DNA of 64,000 bases from Botryllus schlosseri. Its lineage: Eukaryota. Within the stretch, counting starts at the first letter, position 1; each line of letters starts with the position of its first letter. The notes under the pieces are model-generated. The model was not told the DNA's origin. It worked only from the letters and a program-made list of their open reading frames with translations, and did no database searches. This document shows, in pieces, positions 39,258 to 53,342 of this stretch. The stretch is from the NCBI GenBank assembly GCA_051294905.1, contig CM119371.1:25484001-25548000 (forward strand), given 5' to 3'. The translations under genes were made by a program, and so were the position numbers.

Positions 39258-40643
39258 ATAAGCATTCTTTGTATTAGTTCGTATGTTACATCGACATTAA
39301 ATGAATAATAGCTATGACCGCGGAATCATATTGTAATTCACAATTATCGTATGCTTAGATAGGCTACTCGTGCTTTGGCTGAAATTTCACCCTGACTACC
39401 ATACTGTTACCGATATATCTCAAGTGTGTGGCAAAAATACGGTACATTGTGAAGTTGCCAAGAAATTGGTATATAATTTATTTCATGCCACGTCAAAGGC
39501 ACAATTGTACAATGTACTTGTGCAAGGACGACGATACGTACGCTACATAGCCTACGTACATTAACAAAAATAACTCGGGCCTATTCCGGAAGGCATCAGA
39601 GTATAACCACAGTCATGCAGGTTTACGGTATTTAGAACTGGGAATACTGGAATAACCTAAATTTCAGTCAAAATTTACGTAAGTAATACGCAATAGCCTA
39701 CCCCATGGGCGTAACAAGACTTTAAAATAGAAGGGGCACAAGGTTACGTCACGGAACAATCATTGAATCGGGCGAAAGGAGCCTAAATAGGGGCAAAGTT
39801 TCCCAAACAAAAAATCTCAAGGGGCGGCAGCATTTCTCTGCACCTTCCTGATTACTTTCATATCCATAATATTATGTTATTCAATATTTGGTAGATTTTT
39901 GAATTGCTCAGTAAGCCAGCCTAACAAGCAATTGGCATACAGCTTTCGGATCGTATCGATGGTTCGATCCGTCAAGATGAATCTAGTACGGCAAGACTTT
40001 TTTCAGCTTCTGATGACATCTGTCGAATAATTTGAAATACGTAAGCCTTGTTAACCATGCCTAACGTCTATATACAAACTGTGTGTGACCACCATGAAGT
40101 CACATTTTCACGTCTGAATACATTATTGTGACGTCATTTAGACAATTAAAATCGCATGCACGCCTTGCCCCATTACCCGATATTGTCACGAGCCGCCACT
40201 GGTCGAATCTATCATAAATTACAGTGATTATGATGAAATATCATGCCTTTCGGTCAGCGCATTCAATATTACATCACTATACACAGCATGCAATGTCATT
40301 CGACCCCCCAACCCCCATGACAATCCAATGAGTGGTATTATTGATGATATTCATGTACAGGTACATAAATATTTGCTAATGCTCCCTATCCTTGCAGCTC
40401 CTAGTTTCGATCAATTTACAAATCAGACTACCTTGAAGTTGACAGCATGTCACAATATATAGAAAAGAACTATTGATGATGAATTTTTAGTATTCAATAA
40501 ATCATTGTGGATGTATCATACGACTTCTTTACTCCGCACATGCTGGTCATGTTGCTAGAGTGAAGAAATGGTGGAAGCGGTGACGAAACCAGATGAATTT
40601 CTTTTGAATCCATTTCTCGGATGCATGAATATGTCGTAAGTAC

Positions 40644-40737
40644 CTGCAGTCTGTGAATCCGTTGCAAAAATCACTTGCTGGATAACATTTTTGTCCGTCG
40701 AGGCATTCTAACTCCGTTTCCAAACAAGTCAAGTTAA
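40644..40737 (-). CDS. LDLa-repeat protein, exon 4
   Basis: ttttctag|TT...AG|gtactt; (V)NLTCLETELECLDGQKCYPASDFCNGFTDC; phase 1 to 2. Confidence 0.88.
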
Positions 40738-41402
40738 CTAGAAAATTAATATTGTTTCGTTATTTGTTCTTAACGAATTATTCATGATTATCCGATGGTC
40801 CTGCTTTACAGTCCGAAATAGCTATTCCTTTGCTACATTTTTTTCATTTCCAGTGAGCAGAGCATGTGTAATAGGACTTTGTAAGCACTTTACCATCAGG
40901 AACTTTGTTACGCATTAATAAAAGTAATTGATATTGAATACTATTCATATATATCTAACTTGGTCCGTGTTCAGAAAGAGCAAGCGAATCAATAGCACGC
41001 ACAAATAGTACATGTCACTGTTGAACATGTCAGTTCAAATGGGTTGGTAGGGTTGTAATAGGGTTAGAGTTTGGATTGAGATTAAAAGTTCACAAACATA
41101 TTTGAATATTATTGATATTCTGTCAATTTCGAAGTCATAGTTTTTGTTCATACCTTCCAGCTTACATTAAATCTGAGCTGGGCGAGATTGGCCAGCTGGG
41201 GTTTATCAGTTTGTGGTTGGGGTCCACGTAACAACGCTCCGGGCCGCATGCACCCGGTACCGGCTTCAACACATTCAGCTGAGCAAGATTGGCCAGAATG
41301 CTGTTTTTGCTAAATGCAATATGCTGCGAGCAAAATTGCAGTGTTTTTTGTTTAATTCGGAACCATCCAAGAGCGATAATTATGGGTGGTCAGTGACTAG
41401 GT

Positions 41403-42011
41403 CAGTGGTTCTCAGCCTGTCTTAAGCCGTGGAACACTCACGGTAATCTGCGAGCCGTGGAGGATGACCAAATCTCAGCTGAATCATAAAAAACAAAAAT
41501 ATACCAAACTTTTTCACAAGTCTTATTTGATACATGACTATAGATTACTGAGGCGTAAAATGACCTGTGCATCCACGGGGTGTTAACTGAACAACACCAT
41601 TGAAATTAAATTTTCACACAATACGAAAACATGATGATGACTATTTGTTGCAAATACGCATGACTTCTGATGTTCCTAATCAAATTCCGGGTCAGACATG
41701 CGAAGCTTCGCCTTGGAAAATGCCATGGTATTTTTCGGTAGAGACACAAAAGCGTGATTTTAACTGCTTAATTACAAATGAGTGTAAAAATATTGGAGAT
41801 AGAATTGTTGTTCCAGCAGGTCGGGGTCCACACAACGTAGCACTGTCACAATTCGACTGCCGATCGGCCCTAATTACCCGTGATGGCCAAGACGAGCGTA
41901 TCATCACAAATCATATATTGTAGTTGAGTTTGTCTATTAACTTCCAGGGAACGCCTGACATTGTCTGAAGAAACCCCTAGTGTTCCATGGAACACCGGTT
42001 TATAACCACTG
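41403..42011. mobile_element. hAT MITE, diverged
   Basis: CAGTGGTTCTCAGCC...GGTTTATAACCACTG; TSD matches at only 5/8 (GACTAGGT/ACCTAGTT). Confidence 0.6.
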
Positions 42012-42718
42012 ACCTAGTTACTATGGGAGGGACACTCTAGTAGGTTTTGCCTAGTACAACTTGTGGGACTATGCTACCACTTCTACAGCGTTCAAACAAA
42101 ACTTCTTGATATTTTCCTATAGTTAGTAAAATGTAGTTTAGGATAAATGTGCATCAGTGTATGAGTGGAATTGTTGTAACAAATAGCAAGTTTAATCGTG
42201 GCAACTGAATTGAACCACGAAAATTGCAGCTAATGGTAGTGTCATCAGACGTTGACCACGAATATTTACTCTTCAACTTCGAATGTGGCCACCTCCCAGT
42301 AATCGAAATGTGTGACTTCCGTCGACCGAATCTAATTCCTAAAAGATTTACTTAAGTACTGATGGAATCACCATTTTCTGTCACCACTTGAAGAAGTTTT
42401 TGGATGTCTGCGGAATCGCTAGCTCTACTGATAACTGGGTAGAAAGTCACAGTGTCATTTGTGTGTTTTCTTTTGAGTTTCAACTCTGAATAGCTTGTCC
42501 ACTTCTGGATAGAACCCGTGTGCTTTAGACGCTGATGGTATATCAGTGCAGAGGATACTTGAATGAATCCGTCTTTCAAATCAGACTCTTAATATATTCC
42601 GCATATTATTGGTTATTGTCTTGAAACAAATAACGGTGCTTATAAGTCACAGTTTGTTAGAATTTAGAATTTTATATATCATGTACTAACAATGTATAAA
42701 TGCACCGTCCATGCTTAC

Positions 42719-42849
42719 CGTTTCTACATAAAAATTCCCGCACTGGTTCCAGCTCTAGCGGAAGATTGCAAAGCTTGGATATATACGTTGCTCTTCTGCA
42801 TAATATACCATCATCCTCATACGAAGCATATATCTCGTCAGATCCGTCT
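42719..42849 (-). CDS. LDLa-repeat protein, exon 3
   Basis: ttttcag|A...G|gtaagc; (R)DGSDEIYASYEDDGILCRRATYISKLCNLPLELEPVREFLCRN; phase 2 to 1. Confidence 0.88.
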
Positions 42850-45792
42850 CTGAAAAACATCCGCGGGTCGGATCAAGCTTGCGACGGGATATTCAGCGGC
42901 ACCCAGACAGTTTCCGGTGTTACATGATAATGCGACCATCTGTCACTGTCTGTCACAGTCCCCGCTCGATTTTAGTGACTGTAGTTTATTATTTAGTTCT
43001 TTTTTTCTTTGTGTTGTGCGTCACTGAAATAATCTAAACTTTACAACAGGATAAAGATAACAATGACACTACTTGTTCGGTTCGGGTCAACATACATTGG
43101 CTAGGAAACATTTTCCACCATGAACATATACAAAACAAAGCTTTGTTGTCATCTGGCTGATGTTCACATTCAGTTCTAACTGAGGGTTTGTACGTTCGTC
43201 ATGCAGCTAGAGTTCAAAGATCTTGTAGAAAACAATGATCGACCGTTGGTCGCTAAGCTTTAAAATTGAAGCTTACATTGAATACAATTTATTCCATGTG
43301 TAGATAGGTGGATGAATACTTGAATAATGTATAAAGTCAGGATTCCAGGCCGCCGAGAACTTCGTTTTCTCATATCAGGCGCACCGACTGGAGAAGTTGC
43401 CAAGGACACGACGGGAAATGATTTGTCGGATGCCACTCCGATCATGTTTCATACGAGGAACACTTCGGCGCCAGATCGATGTAACCGACTATGGCTAGCT
43501 TTTTCATCGCTAGGCTAATCCCGGCACGGACGCCTTGCAGGAAGAAATGGCGATATCATCTGAGTACTTGCAATATTGAAGAAGAGATATACTAGGTGGC
43601 CTCATGACAGACACATGAATTGGAGTCCAACCTAATTGCTCTTGTATCTATGCCCAATAACAGAGACGAAGCGAAGGACTAACTTATAGGACTCCTAAAT
43701 TTGAATTCAAGGGCATATAAGTATATCTACTCACCCCTTACCCCTTCGCGATATAAGTGACTTGCGTATTCTGTTCAACTGTACATTAACTCCGAACGAA
43801 TAAATGTAAGTTGCAATATAAAATTATTATTATTTAATCATCATCAAAAACCTATGATTCGAAGACAATGTAAAATGGTATTGAAGTAGGCCTATTTATC
43901 AGGGTCTAATCCGACATCGAGAAGATTTGCAGTGGCCCACAAAAATAAATTGCCCTGGTAATTGATTTTGAATTTACTAGGCCAATCAATACTGGTGTAG
44001 CCTTACCACAAAAGTTGAAATGTTGGTGACTAAAATATCATTTCCTACGCATTTGCGTATCCAGGGGCCAGCCACAATTTCTTAGACTTTTGTAAATGAC
44101 CATAGAGTCGAATGTTTCCTGGCAGATTTATTTGACTTTAAATTTTCTTATAACTTCCCGCGATTACACCTATGCAATATACACGCAACTTAGATAACGA
44201 AATTACTACACTATAATCATTTGAGCGATAACTGTGAAATTTGACAGTGTTGCTTACCGTGAGAGATGGCGAGATTTCGCATGGAATAACCAGATTAGAT
44301 ATTCTAACTCTGTCCGAAGTGTGGTGTCAAGTTTGTAACTCAGGACGAAAATATTTATTATTGAAGGCGAGTGTATATTGAGGTCTGCGCTGATATGAGA
44401 TCCAGTCTACCTACGGAACAGATTTTACGCAAACGCCGGCGTTGCTCTATATCGACTGTCCTAGAACAGATGCATATTTATTTCTATTGAGAAGTAACAC
44501 GCACTTCAGGATTCATGTTGAGCTGTTAGCAAGCAGTCTCCATTCATCTGGTTGTCTATAATAGACAATGCAAAAGAAGCCCTTTATCTCTTAGCAATGA
44601 TTCAAAAGAAAAACAGTTCAGGAACAACTTTCCTCGATTCCGATAAAATGCGAAAGTATATGGAAACTGGAGAAGAAGAACTAGCATGAGAAGTACAAGT
44701 GGAGATCAATGACGATATATTCTTTCAATTTATCATGATAAGTATCCTGTTTCTTTTCTTATTTTAAAACAAGCTTAAAGGGCCATATATTTAGGTCATG
44801 TACCAGAGTGAACAATTCGTTTCTACATAATACACCAACAATAGAAGGTTCATTGTTTGCAAACTTTTACGATTTACGAAATAGCAGTGTGCTGTCACAA
44901 AATGCATTGCCGATTATGTCTACAGGACAGATGTATAAAGATAGATAATGTGAGGAACTAAATTTGGTACGGGGCTATAAATCACAATCTTTAAACGAAA
45001 AAGTCGTATATAAAAATGATACCTGGTACTGAGTTAAAAAAGTTGCGTCCACGTTTAAATTTATGGGTCGAAAAGAGGTCCTGATCGAAAGAAGACAGAG
45101 AACAACTGGATTCAAGTTCACCGAAAAATTATAGTTATTCTGTTCTACAACAACCCAGGTTTCATCATTGAAGATGATTTCAAAAGCAATATTTCATCTG
45201 TTACTGTTGCACGCTGACCGTAATGTCTCCAACGATAGCCAAAATACATACCGAAAAAATCTGTTGTGATAGTTCTGAGCACAGAATCGGATTCAGCGAA
45301 TTCTTAAATTAGCATATATATATCAATCATTAAAACTTTTGGCCCAAATTTTTTCCCGAAATATGTGGACCAGTGTAATATCCCAACATGTAATGGAATC
45401 ACAAGATACAGGAGACATGACCGAATGCCATTCATGGTCTTCTTGAAATGGTGGGGGGTTCCGTTATCGTAGCTCGATGTCCAGGACAATGTCAAAGTAG
45501 TAAACAACATTACTATTCGGTAGCAGATAGCCGTGAAATACTAGCAGATTTTCAATATCTGTATGCCCATTATGTAATGCATCTTTTGACACAGCTTGTT
45601 TTTCTTACACTCAACGCAGTTTAGTACAATGTGTCAAACTTTCTGTAATCGTTGCAGCTGTCCGGTATAATGAAATCTGTCATGTCTTGATGCTGAACAG
45701 TTGGAGATTGAAATTGTAACACTGTAAAATGACCTCCACTTCACGAAAACTTTTGGTGCCTTGTTGATATGGAAAAGTACAGTGGTCTACAC

Positions 45793-46116
45793 CAGTGGTT
45801 CCCAACGTGGGCGATATCGCCCCCCAGGGGACGATTTGACAGTCTAGGGGGCGAAAATGGACAAAGGGGGAGACTGGGGGGCGATAGGGGGGCGATGACG
45901 CGTCAAAACGGCTGACCTTTTTTTGCCAACCCACGGAAATTTAGTTACAAAAGTGTGTCAAATTAGAAGTCGAGCCGAAAATTTGACCTTTTTTTTAGTC
46001 AACCCGCCGGTGATTACAGTTTGTATGCCCGATTTTCGTTACACAAATTTAGAGGGCGATGATCGGTGTCGACCTTGAAAAGGGGGCTATGGGTCGAAAA
46101 AGGTTGGGAGCCACTG
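45793..46116. mobile_element. hAT MITE (same family as 9616-9936)
   Basis: TIRs and perfect TSD GTCTACAC. Confidence 0.92.
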
Positions 46117-47482
46117 GTCTACACTGAAAAAAATCTGGTAGATTTACTGGGAAATTTCTGTAAATTTTGCAACGAATTACCAGTCGCAGCCAATAACTGT
46201 GAATAGCTTGTAATTTTACATTTTGATATGTAATATTACCTTAATTTAGCTGTAAAATCAAGTTACCAGAATTTCTTTCGCAAAATTACTGGCAGTTACT
46301 CGTTCCTGCAGTTTATCAGGCTATTGGCAAAATTGATTAGCTTGAAAATCGCTGCGGCCAATGTTATACATGGAACTGAATGTTACTGATTTAATATTTG
46401 TGGTGATTTGACCTGATTCAACCACGTTCAAGAGACTGGGGTCTATCATACGGAAATTGTTGCCCCTAGTACCAATTTCAGTAAAGTACATACTAGAGGG
46501 TAAAAGAAACAGCTGACAATAGTACCTAATGTGGTACACCATAGCCACTATATTATATTATAAGGGTATGACTATACGGCCGGTCTCGTTGGTTACCACG
46601 GATAGGACTGATACGTTAAAATATCAGTTTAGGATGTATAATATTGTCGGGGAAACTAGAAACGCTCAGTTGACCATCTGTTAATGGCGGACATGGCGAT
46701 CTGTCATAGGTTACAGTAGGTTAGGGTTACGCGTTACTGCTTTTTCTGAGTTTCGTAGTAAACAACCAACGCACAACTGTGACATCACAAGCAGCGTCTG
46801 GTTTAGTTAGTACAGTAAGTAGTGAGCATCACGTGGAATATATATCAATTTATACGAGATTAGATGGAAAAGAAAGGGACTATATGTAATGATTAATGTT
46901 TCCGTAAGAAAAAATACGACCTACATCAAACATTATAACGTGGCCAGTAAATATTATTGGTGGCATGTCAGCGGATGGATACCACTCATTTTGAAATCGT
47001 TCGAGTGTCGTATCGTCGGCTGGCCATTATTGAGATTTGAGCAAAGGGTGGAGCGCCAATATGGAATCGGTGTCTCGCTAAACTTACCGGGATTCCAACC
47101 CGGGTGGAGCGAAGCTTGTTTTGCTTGAAGAAAGTGGATCGTTGAAGATTCCTAGGAATGCTGAATGGGATACGCATCGTAAAAGGTACAGTACTGCATT
47201 GTATTTGTTACCGTGAATATCTACGACTGTGCACACCACCGGGATGACTTTGATTTCATTATTGAAATATTTCATTCACCGCATTCTCTGTTCTATTTTG
47301 GGATATTAGTCGACATACATAGTGACCTGTGACACCACATACTCTGCCACAGAGGAGTTGAAACTGTTGGCTTGTTAATGTAATTTTCGGGCCATAGCAT
47401 AGAGATGTTTCCATCCACTGCTGGATTTGTTTGGCACACATGCCACCTCAAATGAGGAACCTTTTGCTTCAATACATTAGAT

Positions 47483-50400
47483 CAGTGGTTCTCAACCTGC
47501 GGGGCGCGAGAAATTGACTAAGTCTGTCTGAATAGGCCTTTTGCAGGACTTCGATCACGTGACTAGATACGCATAGCAACCACAAATTGGTTAGCAAGCT
47601 ACTTTGTCGCGCACCTACTTCAGTGCTAAATATCGCATAGAGTACCGTTGATTTCTGGTTGTAAACGTTTCGGAAATTTGTTGTAGAAGTCATCAGAGAT
47701 TCACGTATGCTAGATGTCAATCCTGTACAAAGCACATAGAATGATATCGTCAGAATTACGCAGAAATCCATTGGTAACGTAGTCGTATTACGGTACTCGA
47801 CTCTGATCATATGTACTTAAATTTATGCATTTGAAGTAAAGCGATTGGTTTATATTCTGGTAAGAGTATTTGTTAGTTCAAGCAGTACTATTTGTATGTT
47901 GTGGAGCCTGATTTTGGATGGAAGATATGACTGAAGCAGCCGGGACCCGCAAGGATCAGGATATACTGTCTGCTGGTTTGGGTGCTGGCATGCTGCTATA
48001 AAACAAATGTCGCTGAACACATCGGAAGTATCTTTTGGGAGAACCTGCCATCAAGACTAAGCAAAGCAGTGCACTTTATTGTTGCGTTGTACAATGCCGA
48101 TTTTATAAGCACTACTTCGCAACTGCGATTGAAGTGGATTTGGAAAATTACACGCGATTTTGATAAATAGTTTATGTCACATATGTGCGCTATTCAGCGA
48201 ACTAAGGGAAGTAACTATCAAATAACTCTTAGAGCAGCTCAAACGCAGTGACAAGATCGGTCATCCTATACCCAGAGGTGGTCAACGTGGTCATTGTTGG
48301 GAACCGAGTAAAAGTAATGCCTTAATTTATACTCCAGTACAAGTAGCACTAATTACTTCCAGGGCATGTCCAAAGTACTTCAAGTGGAAGTAGAAATTAA
48401 TTTCTGAAAAGTAGTCAAGAAATTCGTTACATGAAGTAGATTTGGTTGAGGGTTACTTAGTTTTAGAAATTGATGCCATGTGACAACTGTAAACATTGTA
48501 TGTTGCATCTTCCTGATCAACGCGAAAGGTGATGACACCAGAAATAGGTGCAATTTTCAAAAATTATTTTAGTTATCGTGGTACTGGGGCTATTTTGCCC
48601 AGTTGTTATGACAACCTCACGCTTGAAGGGGATGCAATCATGCGCCAAAGCTACTTTCTAGTTGACAAAATCATAAACCTAACAAAAAAGTACTACCTAA
48701 AAAGTGTCAAGTAGAAGTGGAAGTAGCCTAAACTCATAATGACGCTAGTACTCGGGTAAAATAGTACTTCGTTGCTGACCCCCTCTGTGTATTGGTTCAA
48801 CCAACTCAGAAACATCCTCTAAAGACGAGTAACATTGTTTCTTTTGCATTGACTCCGTAATATTCTGAACTTATGATATTATTTGATTCATTGAATTTAC
48901 AAATAAACTTGCAAAGAAGTGCAATTTAATAATTTTTGTGCATTCGATACCCAGAGCATAAGAAATAATTGAAGAAAAATGCATGTTAACCTTATCAAGT
49001 TCAATAACTGCCGAGACTCTTATGCCTATGTATTTTCCTCTATCTCCATAGCCACTTGTCTTGACATATTCATAGCATCCACGGGAGAGCGCTTGTCTTG
49101 CTGTACACAAATGAAATATCATTTTCAAAGCAGACATCAACATCGGGAAAGAATTTCAGGACAGCTAGTCAGTGGTCAGATCTTCTGCTGACATTTTCTG
49201 TTGGCATGAAACCACGCTGTCTTCTAACGCATGACCGAATTTTATGTGGTGATAGTAATTGGCTCCGGGCTGAATTCTTGGCGAGGGCATCATCAATTTC
49301 TTAGTTGCCTATGTTCGGCTCTCTTGGGATAATCCATCAGATCATTAATTCGTATACATGTGGTATAGCCATGTCTTGAAACTCAAGATATTTGCACTGT
49401 GCCATAGAGTGAAGTAATCCAATCCAGGCAATCAATCAAGTAATCCAGGCCTCGGGACAGTTTGTTGCACCCTCAATTGGAGTTGATGATCATTTTTCTT
49501 CGGGTAGTGGCACTTGGCAGCATGACAGAATGATCAATAACTTGTAATATAGGTGTAGAGGTCTAAATATTTTGAATTGTTTAACTGAGAAGCCATACAA
49601 TAGCATAGGATGTTTAATATATATATGGTATGTAGCACATTGCATGAATTCAAAACACATCAACGTACTGACACTGGCAGTCATTGTCCCTAGGCTTAAA
49701 AATAGCAGTATCCTATATATGTATTGCAATCGATATCAATCATCAAAATGCTGCAATGATTACGGTACCAACTACCACTACAATACAACTATAGTATAGT
49801 ATACTATCCACACCTAACTTAATGCTGCAATAAATATCACGCAGTCAATGTCCTGCAATGTCGAATTTTGTGTCATAAAATCATAGTTGACTACCAAATA
49901 ACGGCTACACTGTCGATCATTTTGACGCAAGGAGTTTACATAGATCATGAATCAAAGACATCCAACATATTTGAATCCCTGTGCATTTCCATGACACTTG
50001 CGTTTTATATAAAACGTTTACAGCCCGAAAACGATAATATACTGTATCCGAAGTACGGCTACGTTAACGACGGATTTCTGCGTAATTCTGACGATATCAT
50101 TCTATGTGCTTTGTACAGGATTGACATCTAGCATAGGTAAATCTCTGATGACTTCTACAACAAATTTCCGAAACGTTTACAACCAGAAATCAACAGTACA
50201 CTATGCGATATTTAGCACTGAAGCAGGTGCGCGAGAAAGTAGCTTATTGCTACCCAATTTGTTGTTGCTATGCGTATCTAGTCACGTGATCGAAGTCCCG
50301 CAAAAGGCCTATCTGACTAAACACGTGTTTCACAACCATTTTCAGAAGACGATTGTTAAAGAAGAAAGTTATTTCGTATTCAAGAAAGCTCGCCAAATTC

Positions 50401-50791
50401 AAACTCCAGCTGTCGCACTCAACTTCATTTGAGCAAATTTTTGATATTCTTTGAAGATTTAGAGTAATTCCGACGTGTAAGTCATTCATTACTTCATAGA
50501 TTTGGCAGTAGCCTAAAGCTCAGTGCGCCGGGTAGCTGTTGGTAATAGCTGGCGAACTGCACTGCTTAAGACAGACTTATATGCAATATAGTTTGCTATG
50601 CGGCGGCTATGCCCTGGAATGCAGCCTTAGGCTACCTAAGTAAATTGAAATGTGACCGTGATTAGCAAAAAGGTTGCCTATCTCTGTATTAGATGATGTG
50701 CTCTTTTTGACGTGACGATAAGTGTAGGGGGGCGCAAACTTTTTGGCCACCGCCGAGGGTGGTGCATTTCCAAAAAGGTTAAGAACCGCTG
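47483..50791. mobile_element. hAT MITE carrying a 2.8-kb insertion
   Basis: CAGTGGTTCTCAACC...GGTTAAGAACCGCTG; perfect TSD CATTAGAT. Its own sequence matches parts of 26390-27755 in reverse. Confidence 0.9.
47532..50312. mobile_element. Non-autonomous DNA transposon with ~270-bp TIRs and a 4-bp TSD (superfamily uncertain, possibly Academ-like)
   Basis: ATAGGCCTTTTGC...GCAAAAGGCCTAT; 47532-47800 mirrors 50045-50312; flanked by CTGA on both sides. Confidence 0.8.
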
Positions 50792-51529
50792 CATTAGATA
50801 AAGTAAGTCATGAATCTCTGCTATATCATGTAAAAGGCGGAGCCGTCATCACACAATGTACGAGTACCGGTACTTCAAAAATTGTTATATTTTTGTTAGC
50901 ATATTTGTCTTAGTAGTTATTGTCATGTCTAGGTTAGGAACTTTGCTTAACATAGCGACTTACTTTTTTTTTAGTGGAACTGCAAGATACTAGTCATACA
51001 GAAGTAATAAAGACGGGAAAAAGAAACAATTGGAAGTTTATCCGGTGGTGGAATTAATTCACCTTTTCTTGGGACCACTTGTGCTATATTTGCATTCCTC
51101 CTAAAGAAGAATTAGACCCCCAGCAGCAATACTTTTTCATCGTGAATCATGAATGAATATACAGTTGTCCCAATGTCGTTTTTAGAGCGTGAAGAAACTT
51201 TTGCGGTATTTTGGCATCGCGTTGCTTTGGGATAGGTATGGATGTACGTTAATTTAGAAGCTGGCATGTAATCTGATTTACAAAGGACAGCAAGTAGGGT
51301 TGTAGGTACTAGGTAGGCGGTAAAATCACAGTCTCGCTCGTAAATGTACAGGAGAGAATGTAGATTGAATGTACCAGAGGTGACTGTAACATTACAGTCT
51401 GGCGTGTAAAGCTAGATGACCAGACGGGTGTAAGTTGAGTCACATTGAGTGACGGTAATGTTATATTACTGCCAAGTGGCTGGCCACCCTGCTTCCAGAC
51501 ATTTCGCGGTAAATTTGTTTTGTGTGTAT

Positions 51530-51707
51530 ATGCGCAGCAGCTATGAAGGTTGCAAGCGTGTTTGGTTTAACTTATCGTTGTGAATTAGCATTTACGAACA
51601 TGAACTTCATCATCAACAAGCACGGAACACGCCTCACTAATCTACATCTGGAACACTCACTCAGAGTTGCAGTGTCAAGTTACATACCAGAGTACAACGC
51701 ACTAGTT
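51530..51707 (+). pseudogene. hAT transposase C-terminal dimerisation-domain remnant
   Basis: SVFGLTYRCELAFTNMNFIINKHGTRLTNLHLEHSLRV matches the Buster/Charlie-type FGSTYxCExxFS..K..R.RLT..HL...LR pattern; interrupted by the MITE at 51708. Confidence 0.78.
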
Positions 51708-53232
51708 CAGGGGCGGGCAACATTCGGCCCGCAAAGAGATTTTGACCGGCCCGCAGAGAGTTTCTACCGTGAAAGTTAAATTCTTATCTGAAAGTACAAT
51801 AGGATGTTATATTCATTTCGAAATGAACCCGAATATTTTCGGCTGACACTCGTCAGGGGTAATCGTCAGCAGCCAGCAGGGAATTGGAAAGAACATTGTA
51901 TATCATCATCATCAGTGTATAATGTATATATGTGTGTCCAATAAATCAAAAAATTCGGTGTCCTGAACATAAAATATATACGGAACCTCAAAATTGCAAA
52001 TTTATGTATTAGTTCCTCTGCGGCCACTGCCCCGAAAACTTCAATGACTTCTTTACCTCGATCGTTATCAAAAGTGCATAAGTACAACACCCGCGCGTCC
52101 ACGTTGTCCAACTATAATCTAGTCGACTAAAAAGATCATCGCTTTATCAAATATGCCGGACCTGAAGTGTGGAACAATATCTCGCCGACTATCCGACAGT
52201 CGTCAAGCATGTCCACATTCAAGTCGAAATAAAAGCAATTTCTGCTGAATGAATTCTAGTCAGTCCTCACCATTTACCGGACCACGACCTCACATATCGA
52301 TTTCGCCTTCCGTCACTTGCCACCTGATTTTATCGCCTGCCACTTCATATATCTTCTTTTAGTTTAATTCAGTGTGCATGCCTCCTATTTACATCACCTA
52401 GGCATTGCCCAGTGGGAGTCTGATCTTAAGACTACTCTTAGTCGTTTCAGCATCTTCCTATCATCCATTGTATTGCAGTCTTGTGATGTTTTGAAGTGAT
52501 GAAATTTTATGAATAAATTTGAACTTGAAATGTTCTTAAAATGGTACATTGAACGCTCTCTTATTTGAGATTACATTCCAAGCAGGTGACATCATATTTT
52601 GTGATAAGATTGTTGATATACAATGTTCTTTCCAATTCTCTACTAGTTGCTGACGATTACCTCTGACGAGTGTCAACCGAAAATATCCGGGTACATTTCA
52701 ATATGAATATACCATTCAATTGTTTATTGAAGTTCTGTACCTCCAAGAAGTTCTTTAATCTGAAAGTATTGACAAATTTTATGCGTCACAGAATGAATCC
52801 AAGTTTGCCAACCAGGGAAAGATGGACAATTGGACATGAAACTACTTGCTCTGTTCGGGTCTCAAGTGTATATATATTTTCGACCGTGAACATTACCGAG
52901 ACAAGGCCACGTTCCAATATAACTGATGTTAACGTACAGTCTTTACTAAGGGTTTCTGCATACAACATGCCGCCAGCGTCCAAAGAACTTGTTGACAACT
53001 CTGACCGGGTACAGATGTCCGATTGACTTCAACAGCTACTGTTAATAAATTCAATAAATAAGCTACTGTTTTGGTGTCTATGCTTTAAACTTAATGTTCA
53101 CATTAAATACGATTTATTCCTTATATATAGGTGGATAAATACGCGAATAATGTATATATTCTGTAATCCGGCATGCCAAGTGCTTCATTTTCCCATAGCC
53201 AGCCCGCCGACCGGAGAAGTTACCCGCCCCTG
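51708..53232. mobile_element. hAT MITE containing a LINE fragment
   Basis: CAGGGGCGGGCAAC...GTTACCCGCCCCTG; TSD CACTAGTT/CACTTGTT (7/8). Confidence 0.85.
51945..52530 (+). mobile_element. 3' fragment of a CR1/L2-group LINE
   Basis: Decayed PENFNDFF...HKYNTR...IKYAGPEVWNNI...STFKSK, then a 3' UTR with AATAAA and a TTGAAC-type tail. Confidence 0.72.
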
Positions 53233-53342
53233 CACTTGTTGATAATGTGTAATGCCAGGCTTTCCAGGGACTGATATAAAAACAGATAACGTAATGTCCG
53301 TTCTGAAGTGTGTCAGGATTTATTTTCAAATTTGAGTTGACT

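Noticed and set aside
42352..42579. 75-aa minus-strand ORF as an additional exon
   Set aside because: Weak acceptor, no cysteine pattern, and exons 3 and 4 already join in frame.
47088..47152. Exon-like segment with good splice sites on the minus strand
   Set aside because: Its 65-bp length breaks the frame between exons 2 and 3 and would split the DC-x-DGSDE motif; no domain similarity.
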